Notes: generated by a model from the letters alone, not told the origin. A stretch of DNA of 64,000 nt from Chrysomallon squamiferum (GCA_012295275.1 CM022666.1:11160001-11224000); one strand, 5' to 3'. Shown: positions 23,000-36,699, numbered from the stretch's first letter. Numbers and translations: made by a program.

Positions 23000-23600
23000 A
23001 GAAACGTCATTATCATATAGCAAATGTCAAACTTGTAGAAAAACGTCAACTTCATGTAACTAGAGTCAGAATGTTAGTAACTGAGCTGTAAAGAAACGTC
23101 AGTCTCATATAACTAAAGTAAAAAATGATAGTAACTGAGCTGTAAAGAAACACCAGTCTCATATAACTAAAGTCAAAATGTTAGTGTCTGAGCTGTAAAG
23201 AAACACCAGTCTCATATAACTAAAGTAAAAATGTTAGTAACTGAGCTGTAAAGAAACACCAGTCTCATATAACTAAAGTCCTGAGCTGTAAAGAAACGTC
23301 ATCTTATAACTAAAGTCAAAATGTTAGTGACTGAGCTGTAAAGAAACCCAGTCTCATATAACTAAAAAATGTTAGTAACAAAATCAGCCTCATATAACTA
23401 AAGTTGTTAGTAACTGAGCTGTAAAGAAACGTCAGTCTCAAATAACTAATGTCAAAACGTCAGTCTCTGAGCTGTAAAGAAACGTCAGTCTCATATAACT
23501 AAAGTCAAAATGATAGTAACTGAGCTGTAAAGAAACGTCAGTCTCAAATAACTAAAGTCAAAATGATAGTAACTGAGCTGTAAAGAAACGTCAGTATGAA
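23000..23600. repeat. ~53-bp minisatellite (~10 copies)
   Basis: Unit CTGAGCTGTAAAGAAACGTCAGTCTCATATAACTAAAGTCAAAATGTTAGTAA at 23081, 23135, 23188 etc. Confidence 0.92.
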
Positions 23601-23777
23601 GTCACTAAACCTCAGCATCGTGTAGCTGAAGATAAAATGTAACAGAGCAGTAATTAAATGTTATGAATAGCATTTATTAGAGTATTTTTAAAATATTAGA
23701 AACTGCATATACATTTAGCAAATATTTTCAATTTATTTATTTACAATAATAACTGTAATACTAAAAATAAAAATAAA

Positions 23778-23816
23778 AACAACAACAACGACAACAACAA
23801 CAACAACAACAACAAC

Positions 23817-23862
<46 letters not shown>

Positions 23863-23878
23863 TATATATATATATATA
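23778..23878. repeat. Compound (AAC)n(AAT)n(AT)n microsatellite
   Basis: Direct reading. Confidence 0.9.
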
Positions 23879-24194
23879 TTTATTTTTTTAATTCGTGTAT
23901 TTACACTAATAAAATATTCACGTAACTTTTGCTGATACTAAAAGTTTGATATAGAATTTTTGAAAATATTAAACCATCAGATATCGCTATCTGTTTATAT
24001 AACGTATTGCCAGATGGTAAATAGTAATTAAATTGTGATTATGTGAGGATGTAAACAAAGCTATGTAAAAATATACTGTTGTCAAATATTCGCATAATAT
24101 ATATATATATACACAGGCACACATGCACTCAAAACATACAAGTATAATATATATTATATGATGTGATATATGTTGTGGTTGTGTTTTAAAGACT

Positions 24195-24707
24195 CTAATA
24201 TTTAAATAAAGCTTTGTTTTCAACTGGAATACTAGAGCTTAAAGTATGGTATGGACTGTTATTGTCACGAATAGCTCCTAGCATTGCTTTCGCTATACTT
24301 TCTTCTTTAACACTGGTGACCTTGGAAAGTTCTAACAAATCGAGTTAACTCTCTGTACAGGTTTCCACTTTGCTGATGGATTTTTCTACATCTTCGTGGG
24401 TTTTTTGTTTAATGTTATTTACTTGCCAGCAAAATAACATGTTTTTATTAGACCTCTTGATATTACAGACTCCATAATAACACTTCAGTATTATTTATTA
24501 TTTCGGTAAAGACTGTCATCTGATTTCCATTACGTTCGACTACCTCTTTCTCACAACGTTCAGCTGTTTTCTTCTCAGCATGTTCAAATTCTTTCTTTTC
24601 ACAAAGATCACCTACTTAATTATCATTAGCATCAACTATGTGTGTCACCACCTTGAAACACTTGTCACTAACATCAACTACATGTGTGTCACTGATTCAG
24701 CATTGTT
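24195..24707 (-). pseudogene. Decayed terminal coding exon-like remnant of an unknown gene
   Basis: Poly-T + AG acceptor at 24708; protein-like Glu/Lys-rich text (EKKEFEHAEKKTAERCEKEVVER...KEESIAKAMLGAIRDNNSPYHTLSSS) with 3 in-frame stops and one frameshift. Confidence 0.35.
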
Positions 24708-24769
24708 CTAAAAAAAAAAAATGGAGTTAATTTGTTGTCGCCAAGTCCAACTATATAATTATGTTAGCG

Positions 24770-27370
24770 GGTAACCTAAAATATCTCAGTTACAGAGAAA
24801 ACAAAATACCTTAGTTGTAGATAAACTAACATATGTCAGTTATAGATAAACTAACATATCTATGTTACAGATAAACTAAATTATCTCAATTACAGATAAA
24901 CTAAAATATTTCTGTTACAGATAAACTAAATTATCTTTGTTTCAGATAAACTAAAATATCTCAATTACAGATAAACTAAAATATCTCAGTTACAGAAACT
25001 AAATATCTTACAAAATAAAAATATCAGTTACAGATAAACTAAAATATCTCAGTTACAGATAAACTAAAATATCTCAGTTACAGATAAACTAAAATATCTC
25101 AGTTACAGATAAACTAAAATATCTCAATTTACAGATAAACAAAATATCTCAATAAATAAACTAAAATAAAATATAAATAAACTAAAATATCTCTGTTACA
25201 GATAAACTAAAATATCTCAGTTACAGATAAACTAAAATATCTCTCATTACAGATAAACTAAAATATCTCAATTTACAGATAAACTAAAATATCTCAAAAT
25301 ATATCTCAATTACAGATAAACTAAAATATCTCAGTTACAGATAAACTAAAATATCTCAGTTACAGATAAACTAAAATATCTCAATTACAGATAAACTAAA
25401 ATATCTCAATTACAGATAAACTAAAATATCTCAGTTACAGATAAACTAAAATATCTCAATTACAGATAAACTAAAATATCTCAACAGATAAAAATAAAAA
25501 TATCTCAATTACAGATAAACTAAAATATCTCAGTTACAGATAAACTAAAATATCTCTGTTACAAACTTAAAATATCTCTGTTAAACTAAAAAAATATCAA
25601 TTACAGATAAACTAAAATATCTCAATTACAGATAAACTAAAATATCTCATCTACAGATAAACTAAAATATTACAGAATAAACTAAATATTAAAGATAAAC
25701 TAAATATCTCAAACTTATCTCAGATAAACTAAAATATAAAAATATCAATTACAGATAAACTAAAAAAAATCTCAAAATATTACAGATAAAATATCTCAAA
25801 ATATCTCAATAAATAAACTAAAATATCTCAATTACAGATAAACTAAAATATTTCAGTTACAGATAAACAACAATATCTCATTTACAGATAAACTAAAATA
25901 TCTCAGTTACAGATAAACTAAAATATTTCAGTTACAGATAAACAAAAATATCTCAATTACAGATAAACTAAAATATCTCAGTTACAGATAAACTAAAATA
26001 TCTCAATTACAAATAAACTAAAAATATCTCAATTACAGATAAACTAAAATATCAGTTACAGATAAACTAAAATATCTCTAAAATAAAATATCAGTTACAG
26101 ATAAACTAAAATATCTCAACAGATAAACAGATAAAAACTAAAATATCTCAGTTACAAATAAAATATCTCAAAGATAAACTAAAATATCTCAGTTACAGAT
26201 AAACTAAAATATCTCAGATAAACTAAAATATCTCAATTACAGATAAACTAAAATATCTCAGTTAGATAGATAAAAATATCTAAAATAAACTAAAATATAC
26301 AGATAAACTAAAAATATCTCAGTTACAGATAAACTAAAATATCTCATTTACAGATAAACTAAAATATCTCAGTTACAGATAAACTAAAATATCTCAGTTA
26401 CAGATAAAATATCTAAAATAAACTAAAATATCTCAATTACAGATAAACTAAAATATCTCAAAAAATAAACTAAAATATCTCAGTTACAGATAAACTAAAA
26501 TATATCAGTTACAGATAAACTAAAAATATCTCAATTACAGATAAACTAAAATATCTCATTACAGATAAACTAAAATATCGTCATGTATACATAAACTAAA
26601 ATATTACAGATAAACTAAAATAAACAGATAAACTAAAATATCTGTTACACATAAACTAAAATATGTCAATTACAGATACACTAACATATATGTTACACAT
26701 AAATTAAATATGTCAATTACAGATAAACCTAAATATCTCAATTACAGATATACAAAAATATCTCAATTAGAGATAAACTAAAATATCTCAATTACAGATA
26801 ATCTAAAATATTTCAGTTGGAGATAAACCAAAATATCTCAGTTACAGATAAACTAAAATATCTCAATTACAGATAAACTATAAATATTTCACTTACAGAT
26901 AAACTATAAATATTTCACTTACAGATAAACAAAAGTATCTCAGTTACAGATAAACTGAAATATCTCAATTACAGATAATCTAAAATATTTTCAGTTGCAG
27001 ATAAACAAAAATATCTCAGTTACAGAGAAACTAAAATACCTCAGTTATAGATAAATTTAAATACCTCACTTACAGGTAAAGTAAAATATCTCTGTTACAG
27101 ATAAACTAAAATATTTGTTACATATAAACTAAAATATTTCAATTACAGATAAACTAACATATCTCAATTACAAATAAACTAAAATACGTCAGTTATAGAT
27201 AAACTAAAATATATGTTACAGATAAACTAAAATATCTGAGTTACAAATAAACTAAAAGACGTCAGTTATAGATAAACTAAAATATCTGTTACAGATAATC
27301 TAAAATATCTCAGTTACAGATGAACTAAAGTATGTCAGTTGGAAATAAACTAAAATATCTCAGAGATAAA
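24770..27370. repeat. 25-bp minisatellite (~100 copies)
   Basis: Unit ACAGATAAACTAAAATATCTCAGTT, period 25 (25031, 25056, 25081). Confidence 0.97.
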
Positions 27371-27404
27371 TAAATAAATTATATTTTAGTTCCAGTCAGT
27401 CAGG

Positions 27405-27407
<3 letters not shown>

Positions 27408-27464
<57 letters not shown>
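27408..27464. repeat. (CT)n microsatellite
   Basis: Perfect dinucleotide run. Confidence 0.95.
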
Positions 27465-27467
<3 letters not shown>

Positions 27468-27949
27468 TTATTTAAATAATCCAGTTTCAGTTTTGTTTAG
27501 CTAGACATGATCTTCAAAGTCCATATAAAACAAAACAGAATAATGCTTTATGCTCTTCATTTCAATTTTATTGAACCTGTCTGAAGCATGAACTCAAATG
27601 TAATTAAATGATCCCAAACATGTACATAAACCAGTCTTCTCCTTCCAAAGGGAGAAAGTAACACAAACTTTCACAGTAGGATCTCTACATTCTCGTGACA
27701 CTCGTTAACAACTCACCTGAAACAGGATTTGTAAGACATTATTCTTACCTTGGCTCAGTGTAAAGAGGGTACCTCCAACATCCACAACGCGTTCGACTGC
27801 ATTGTATGGTTCTTTCTTCATGCACTAACATGCAGTCATGAAACTTTTCAGTAATTATAATTACACACCGCAACTTGAAATCCAGTTTTTGTCTTTAAAC
27901 CATACGCATATATCACGCTAGCATTAATATATGAACGAAAAATAACCCA

Positions 27950-28430
27950 TTATCATGATTATAATTGTTAACATCATCATCATAATAATCATTTTCATCA
28001 CTATTAGGATTTTTGGTACTGATTATTTTTAACTGTTATTGCTAGTATATTTCATTACCATTCCGATCATCATCACTATCCGTATCACCGTAGTCATAAT
28101 TAATGTTATTATGATCATCATTAGAATTATCATCATGATGCTCATCATATTTAACATCATTAACATCATCATGCTGATTAAGTTTATCTTTATCATCATT
28201 ATGCTCATTACACTTAACATTGTCAAGTCTCAAAGTTGTTTTAACTTTATTATTATCATTATCATCATCATCACTGTTGTTGTTGTTGTTGTTATTATTA
28301 TTATTATTACCATAATCTTCTTCATCATCATTATGCTTATTAATTTTAACATTACGGATATAATCATTAACTTCATCAATTGTTGTTGTTGTTGTTGTTG
28401 TTGTTATTATTATATATTATTATTGATGTT
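27950..28430. repeat. Degenerate (ATC/ATT/GTT)n trinucleotide low-complexity tract
   Basis: Direct reading. Confidence 0.8.
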
Positions 28431-28652
28431 GAAATTACTCACAAGATTTGTCATCTCTATAAACATTAATCGTTACAATTACAGACATTTCACTATTGTT
28501 TTCAAACTCACACTATAAGATACGAGAACCAAACATATATACGTCTGTGAAACAAACAACAAGATGCGATGATTATTACATGAGCTATTTAGTGTGTATA
28601 GAAACCTTTTCATCTCTTCACACACCGGTACTTCCACATAAAAAAATCATAC

Positions 28653-28807
<155 letters not shown>

Positions 28808-29423
28808 TACATACGTGTAGATAGACAGAAATAGGTAGAGAAAGAGAAAGAAACATACTGAGATAGAGAATTAAACAGATGGATATACTGACAGAGTGAA
28901 TGAGAGCGCGTGTACATAGATGCAATTTTTTTCAGAATAGATAACTAAATATTCATATTATGACATTCATATCGTTAGTATTTATTTGGTTTTTTTATCA
29001 GTTATAAATATTCATTCTGATAATTAACTGAAATTTGATAGAATTCAGAAACTGTGAATACACTTAATTATGATAGTTATGTTCCATCGATGGATACAAC
29101 TGAAAATTGCGCAGATATCGATCAACCATGGTGTTGCACCATTAGTGGATATAGATTTAGAATCGAATTCCCCTTCATATCAAAGAAAATGATTAGATGA
29201 AAAAACACCTCTGAGCATCTGGAAAATAGTTGAACATTTTCTGCAAGAATGGTATCGGAAAAGAGATTCGATTTCATTTTAAAAATTAATCTAATCAAAG
29301 AATTTATTCATTAATGCGAAATAAGTAAAATAAGACTTGATCCGTGAATGGAATTTTATACCCTGCCGTCATTTGATCTGCGTGTCCGCGTTGTGACATA
29401 TTAATTTTCGGATTTTTCTTTCG

Positions 29424-29466
<43 letters not shown>

Positions 29467-29626
29467 TTGCAGCAAAATATTAGGCGTCTTTGATTTTCAT
29501 TAGCCCAAACTGGAGTGCGTTACCCAAGACACAATAATTCCTTGATGAAGATGAAATCGGTTCCAAACATCCATCGTTGGCATAAGAGAACGATTAATAA
29601 AAATACAACAGCGAATTCCAGAGTTC

Positions 29627-29736
29627 AGACACTGAGTCTTGATGTCATCTGTAAGACACTGATTCTTGATATCATCTGTCAGACGTGAGTCTTGGTGTCA
29701 TCTGTCAGACACTGAGTCTTGATAACAACTGTCAGA
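29627..29736. repeat. 27-bp minisatellite (4 copies, with fragments scattered to ~30500)
   Basis: Unit AGACACTGAGTCTTGATGTCATCTGTC. Confidence 0.85.
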
Positions 29737-32619
29737 TTTCAGATTCTTGTGCTCATCATATGATTATGTAGACAATCTGATGCCATCTTCCAGACGTGTC
29801 CCCTGATTTTTAAATCTGTCAATTATTGTTAGACTAATTTTGTTTGATCTGTTTATACGAGAGAATTTAATTTCATCAGTTATTTACTTACCTGAGTCTT
29901 GATGTACAATCTCCATCAAAAACAAATATTTGATTTTCACAAAAACACTTACATGAATTTTGCTCATCGATTATGAGACCGCCATCAGCACATTTAAGCA
30001 CAGTTTAAAAAAAAGAGAAAATCTATTAGTTAAAATTTACTGTCAGTGATAAGAAGATGAAACTATATTTTCTATACAAAATGGTTTTTTTCTGGTTTGT
30101 ACTTAACTATCAATTAGTATAATTTAACAATCGTAGTCTCGTGATGTCATCTGTTTTAAATGACTTGAAGCTGATTTTTGAGAATAAAATTGTCTAAATG
30201 TCAATCTGTCAGACATACCAACTACACATGTAAACTTGAAATGTAATTATTTCTTTTCATTTTAGAGTAAATTCTAATTTTTATGATCACGTGTCATTTG
30301 TTTATAATGTTGTATATTAGGTCTTGACCGTAGTTAGCATGCATTTTGTTAAACTTTATTGTTTCAGTTAATGATCAGCTTTATTTTATTATTATTTATC
30401 TACTCAAAATTGTCTTGATTTCATTTGGGCTTAGACGGAGTCTTGAAAACATATTTTTAGAAAGAACAAATAATGTATCAACTGTCAGGTACTGAGCCTT
30501 ATTCAGTTGTTTATGTTGGATAAATGCTGGATATTAGATTATTAAACCATTGTTGGGAATCTAATGCTTTCCTATTACTTCTTACTGACATTTTTAAATG
30601 ACAAGAAAAATTGTTAGACTAATTTTGTTTGACAGTTTAACTTGTTAATGTTATTTAATTTTTCTGGGTTTTTTTATAATGTACTGGATTAAGAATTCCT
30701 TTTATGTTAATTCTATTTAAAAAAAAAAAAATCTTTGATTTTCAAAAAAAAACACACAAAATTTTTCAAAAATTACCCCCAAAACACAATTAAATTAAAT
30801 TTAAAAAAATAAACAAATAAAAAAATAAAATCCTATTAAGTAAGTTGGAAATTGGATAGTGAAAACTGAAATAATGAAGATGAAACTATATTTTCTATAC
30901 AAAATGTTTTTTGCTGGATTTTGCTGACTTTCAAATTTGAGTATAATTTAACAATTGTCATAAATAACAGAACTGCAAGAAGTCATTGCTTTAATACAGT
31001 TTTAAGACATAATTACATTTAGAAACTTGGAATTTGTAAAATGTTAGCAGGTTTCAAAGCTCCAAAAAGTAGATGATGCATTTTATGTAGTTATATATTT
31101 GTACATTGTATGTTCATCTAACAGACATTGTGATTTGTTTTATCTAATTAAATGGTGAATAATAATGTACCATGTATTATTTTTTCTAAAGCTGATAAAT
31201 TAAGATTTATTGATAAAATATTTTTCTTGTCTATGTTGACTGAAAAAATAAAAAATAAAAAAAAAAAAAAAGAAATATCTAGAAAATTATTTGAAAAACA
31301 ATAAACGTACACGTGAATGTTGGTGTTTGATCTGTAATTCTTGTTTTCAGTTGATTGTCTGATAGTAACAGGTATTGAAAACATATTTTAAGTCATATAG
31401 CCGTTTTAGAGTCTTTAAAACAATGCATTTTCTGCACTTAAGAATATTTTTATCAGTAAGATATTTTATATTACTTGTCAGTTCTGTATTTGTTATGTTT
31501 TAATCTGTTTTTATCAATTTGTTTTTGTAATTTCTGCAGTTGTTGTAAAATGTTCAGGTGTATATATACTAGTATATGTTATCAAATATTTTGGAATCTC
31601 TATTGTTCTAGTAAGTATAAGTGTGTGTGTGTGTGTGTGTGTGTGTGTCTGTGTGTGAAATAGTAATCGATACAACTATTTTATGGATTATCTTATTTGT
31701 TATTTTATCATCAAATGCGACATCTTGAAAATATTGAATTAAGAATTTAAGTTGTTTTGCTCCATGATAACATAATTATACAATATAGATTTAAAATTGT
31801 GAGCTGTGAAGAACATCCTATAAATTTAAATAAATATTCTGTTTGCATTTATTTCATTCTATTTCTTTCACACCCTTTAGGGCTATCTAAAAATAGATCA
31901 AATTCTATATTGGAGTGTGACAAAGGACTAATTGAGAAAAAACAGAGATGGTACACATGGAAAGAGAAGATATTCAAGAAATAAAATTTAAAGCTGTAAA
32001 ATGTATTGTTTCAGTTCATTTGTTTTTATTATATATATATTGGTAAAGGACGATCAGTATAGTATTCATTACCTTTGTCATTTCAGAAGATTAGCACTGA
32101 TGTTTTACTGTTTTGGATTGGGATGATTGTGTGTTTGATATTAAGCCAATAATTTCCAGATGTATGTATGACTGACATTGGGATAACTTCTAAAAATAAA
32201 TTTGTCTGATCCTAATCAACTTAGAGTTATAATATTAATTTTAGGCAGGCCAACATTGGCTAATAATCAGTTTGCCATAATAGGCCCACAGACGGCCACT
32301 GCTGAAACCAAGAGCAAACATCACAGAGGCCAATTGGAATACAAACTGAAACATGTACATATATCTATATACAGATGCATGCTTAGACATACCTACCTAC
32401 CTACCTATCTATCTATGTATGGCCACTATTAATTTATTGCCCTGTTTACCACATCAGTTTTCCCCAAGTATCAGTTATAATATCTGAAGTAAATTATTTG
32501 TAGTAGCACCAGTATATCATCGTAATAGCAGCAGTAGTATGAACAGAGAGAGCGTAGTAGTAGCATCAGTAGTAGTAGTACTAGTAGTAGTAGTGGCTCT
32601 CTTATTCCCTGTTACAAAT

Positions 32620-33790
32620 CCAGTTATTTTTTCAGATAAATCTGTTATGTATTTAATAGCCATAAAATGAAGTTAAGAATACAAAACATCCAGCAACAAA
32701 ATCGAAATAACTAAGTCATCTCTTTTTTTTCAAATATTTTCAATAGCACATGTTGGAATGATGTAGTCATAATCAGTAGGAACATTACTGCATACATGTC
32801 GACTGGAATTATCTGTAATACACAAGATTAAGAACACAGGTTACATAACAACAGATAAAAAAAAAAAAAAAAAAAAAAAAAAAGATTACAAGAGAATTAT
32901 AACAAGAACTTTCAGTAACTAAAGTCAAGATGTTAAAAAAGGAAAATTAACAAATAAAAACATTACAAAGATTAACAAGTAAGAATGTTAACACTAATTA
33001 AAAAGTAAAAATGTTAATTATAGTATTAACATGTAAGAATAAAAAATGTCATTATAGACAGTAATGACGTAATAAGTAAAAGTGTCAATACAAGTAGTAA
33101 ATGTTACAAATAATGTTAATACTAGTAGTAATAAAATTTGTACTAGAAACAGCAACCCGTAACTAATACAAATGTTGTTAATAGATATTAGGGATTTAAC
33201 CGAGGTGAAAATTATAACAGCACACTGAAATGTTAACTAAACCCAATATGTTAAAGAACAGCGCAGTAACAAGGACATGTCAAAGCGAGTGACACAGAAA
33301 CAAACCTCAAACTACAGTAACAATGTTACAACAGATAATGTCACAAGAATCTTCATAAATATTTATAAATTATGTGTTTTTAAATCCTTTTTTAGATATG
33401 AATTGATGAAAACTAGCAGATATATTATAAATTATTTTATTTTCTGTATTGCATGTAATTTGTTTCTATAAAGGTTACTATTATAATTTAAATGTTTCTT
33501 TAAATATGAATTATATCTTAATATATAAAAGAGAAAACTTACATTGATAAAATTATTCTTTTTTTAGTGCTATTCACAATTTGTAACTACTATGTAATAA
33601 AATATAAATCAACACATTTTATTACATACAATATTGCAAACCATAATCCAGTGTGAAAATTAAATATATACATACACAAAGGCGTGGTTTGTATGTCAGT
33701 GAAAATGCAATGAGACAAATGGATTTATCTCTTTTGCATAAATACATGCATACATATATACTCAAACACCGAAATATATATATCAAGAGA
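32620..33790. repeat. Diverged local segmental duplication, copy 1 (copy 2 at ~37170-38430)
   Basis: Collinear shared blocks, e.g. AACTTACATTGATAAA...TTTAGTGCTATTCACA at ~33536 and ~38223; CATAATCCAGTGT...AAAGGCG.GG.TT.TATGTCAGTG at ~33642 and ~38310. Confidence 0.8.
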
Positions 33791-33991
33791 AAGCATATTT
33801 GATAAAACAATAATAATAATAATAAAAACATGACCAGCTAACTCATATTATTACTACATGTATTTCAAACAGAAACACTGTCAGTTTATCAAAACATCTG
33901 TGAATAGAACTACATTAAAAAATGAAAGTGTAAAAATAGGCAGCATCTGGATTTTTATATTTCCACAACAGCAGGCACCACGTTGTGGGCC

Positions 33992-34064
<73 letters not shown>

Positions 34065-34088
34065 TAACTGTCTTAATGCAACGACCTA

Positions 34089-34137
<49 letters not shown>

Positions 34138-34190
34138 GGCATATGTGTAACTGTCTCCTGCAACGACCTACTATCACATGCATGAACACA

Positions 34191-34239
<49 letters not shown>
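33992..34239. repeat. Two (AAT)n runs each followed by GTAACTGTCT..TGCAACGACCTA, then (CA)n
   Basis: Direct reading. Confidence 0.85.
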
Positions 34240-34241
<2 letters not shown>

Positions 34242-34489
34242 TTGTGCCTGTTGTTCTGTCTTTCTCTCTGTCTTTCTCTCTTTCATTCTCTCGTACAATT
34301 TGAAGCAAACTAAAGTATATGAAATTCTGTACAGTCACATTAATACAAGTTACTGGACATACAAAAGGGAAAATTCACTTATTACAGTTGTATCAGACAG
34401 GTAAAGACAAGATTTTGAAACAATGTGTCCTTCACTGCTATTTTATTTCCTGGTGACAAAATGTTTTTCTGTAACCTATCAAATTGTAA

Positions 34490-35993
34490 TTAACATTGCA
34501 TTTTTCCAGTACTAACACAATAACACTTCTTTTCCCACCAAAACCAGCCACTTTCAGTTTAATAACCAACTTTGTAACATTTGCCATCGATTTCACAGCC
34601 TGGAATAAAAAGGGAAAAAAGAAGACACAAACAGAAAATAAATTAGCGAAACTTTTCAAGGTTCACGTCAAATACAAGAAAGTTTTAGCATGTAGACAAA
34701 TTTGTGACTAATAATACACTACGTAAGAAATGTCAAAAATAACTTTTTCACAATAACATATGTAATCTTCTCGTTAGAATATTCAACACATTTCGCTGAT
34801 GTTCATTACGTTCTAAATGTATTCTTTCTTTTCTTTTCTGGTCAAGCGTTAGTACTTGACAGAATTGAAAAGCACAGGCTCAAACTCCCAATTCAGTTTT
34901 AGATATTCTCAAAATAACCGAGCACATTCCCACACTGAGTAACTGTCCCACTACCCGACATTGCTTCACCGACTGCCACAGTCACGCTGCACACACCGTC
35001 GTGGTGTCTTACGTCAGTTTTATCAACAGCTTCTTCTATGCAATGTCTGTTGTTGGACAGTTACGGACGTTATTACACCGCTTTGCAGTGAATGTATGCC
35101 ACACCCCAGGATCGCCCTTTATTTGCATTTTCAATAAAAAACAACAACAAATTAAGTATAGTAGACAAATAGATATTTTTGTTCAGGCTGAACTGTTTGG
35201 TGTTGGCTGTTTAACCCGTGTAAGATCTTAATGCATTAAAAACAAAATCAGTAAATTCCATTAGTCTGCACGGCGCTGGTCCCACCAGAGCCGAGTTTGG
35301 GAAGATGAGTAGCTAAGAGAGTAAGACTTACCTGTGTGTAACTGCCTAAACTTGCCGAGATTAGTACAAGTCATATAAGTGCACTTTATTTTTTTCAATT
35401 CATTTACCAAAATACACTCATAAAACTTGCGAAGGTTACACATTACGGCTTAAAAAATCAAAAATAAATATTTGTTTTAAACATACTGTCACATATGTTG
35501 AATTATATATACATGTAAAAAACAAGTAAGTTCAGTAACATACTTATTATCATATCGTAATTATTATCGTCATTATTGGTCTTGTCACTGTTGTTGTTGT
35601 TGTTGTTGTTGTTGTTATTATTATTATTATTATTGCCATCATAATTATTATTATCATCGTCATTATCTTTATCATAATGATTATAATAATAACAACTGTT
35701 ACTGTTGCTTTTTTAATTATATTATTATTATTTTTATTATAATTATAATTATAATTATTTTTATCATAATTATAATTATTATTATTTTTATCATAATTAT
35801 AATAATAATTATTATTATTATGAAAGCTGATTTTATTTACCATAGCTCTTATCTTTATTTATAGTAAACTTTACAGTTGCTACATTTTTCTTAAATGTTA
35901 TGAATTGTACAGTCGCACTGAAACTGAAGACACCACACTTAGTCTTTATACTCGTGTTTGTGGCTGGAATCCGAGTATGATAAATCTCCACAT
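34490..35993 (-). pseudogene. Disabled small secreted Cys-rich (VWC-like) protein gene; candidate exons ~35951-35993, 35332-35448, 34490-34599
   Basis: gacag|ATG MWRFIILGF signal-like start (then frameshift/stop); phase 1-1 exon VMCNLRKFYEC...KCTYMTCTNLGKFRQLHT G|gtaagt; ttccag|GC exon GCEIDGKCYKVGY*TESGWFWWEKKCYCVSTGKMQC* with internal TAA at 34559-34561. Confidence 0.5.
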
Positions 35994-36086
35994 CTGTCAA
36001 CAGAAAATAGCTATTCAGTTTTTATAGTAAGATTGTTATTCTACTTACTCTTGCACCTTCATACATACATATACACCCGTAGAGAG

Positions 36087-36192
<106 letters not shown>

Positions 36193-36699
36193 CACATACA
36201 GGCAATTATTGAGACTTGATGCTTTTTACACGCTACTGATGATGACTGAGTACTAACAATGGAATTTATGAATGAAATGTATTCTCAACAACTGTAGAAT
36301 TACATACGTGGCAGTTTAACCTGAAGGACGTACTCTGTCACGTGTTAACAGACCTAACTTTCTGAAACGTGGTAGTTGTCGTCAGCTTTACAGACTTGAT
36401 GAGAATCACCCGTCTACAACGACATTTTCTCCCAGAGTTCCTTGCGAGTTTGCATTCTTCTTGATTATGTACTTACTTAATTTAGAATATTCTATAACAA
36501 AACAAATATTTGCTGTTGACTACAATACTCACACGAGGTTTGCTTATCAATTTCGAAACCACCTTCAACGCATTTAAGTGGAGTTAAACCATTACGGTAT
36601 TCGAACTGATGGACTCTTTGGCCTACATTCACTTTACCCCATGGTGTCTCACACTGCCTAGTTTGTTTGTTGTACACAGCATAGAAAGCTAAAAATAAA

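Noticed and set aside
24697-24699. In-frame TGA after Cys as possible selenocysteine
   Set aside because: The same reading also has TAA stops and a frameshift; no SECIS recognised
27749-27821. DVGGTLF resembling the BTB/T1 domain start (NVGG..F) of KCTD/Kv proteins
   Set aside because: No remaining T1 motifs found in any downstream exon-like segment
28029-28518. Asp/Asn-rich and Ile-rich ORFs resembling acidic shell-matrix proteins
   Set aside because: Degenerate trinucleotide repeat with no signal peptide or supported splice structure
34438-34659. 73-aa ORF as listed in the ORF track
   Set aside because: The phase-1 splice from 35332 selects a different, Cys-patterned frame; the listed frame starts in the polypyrimidine tract
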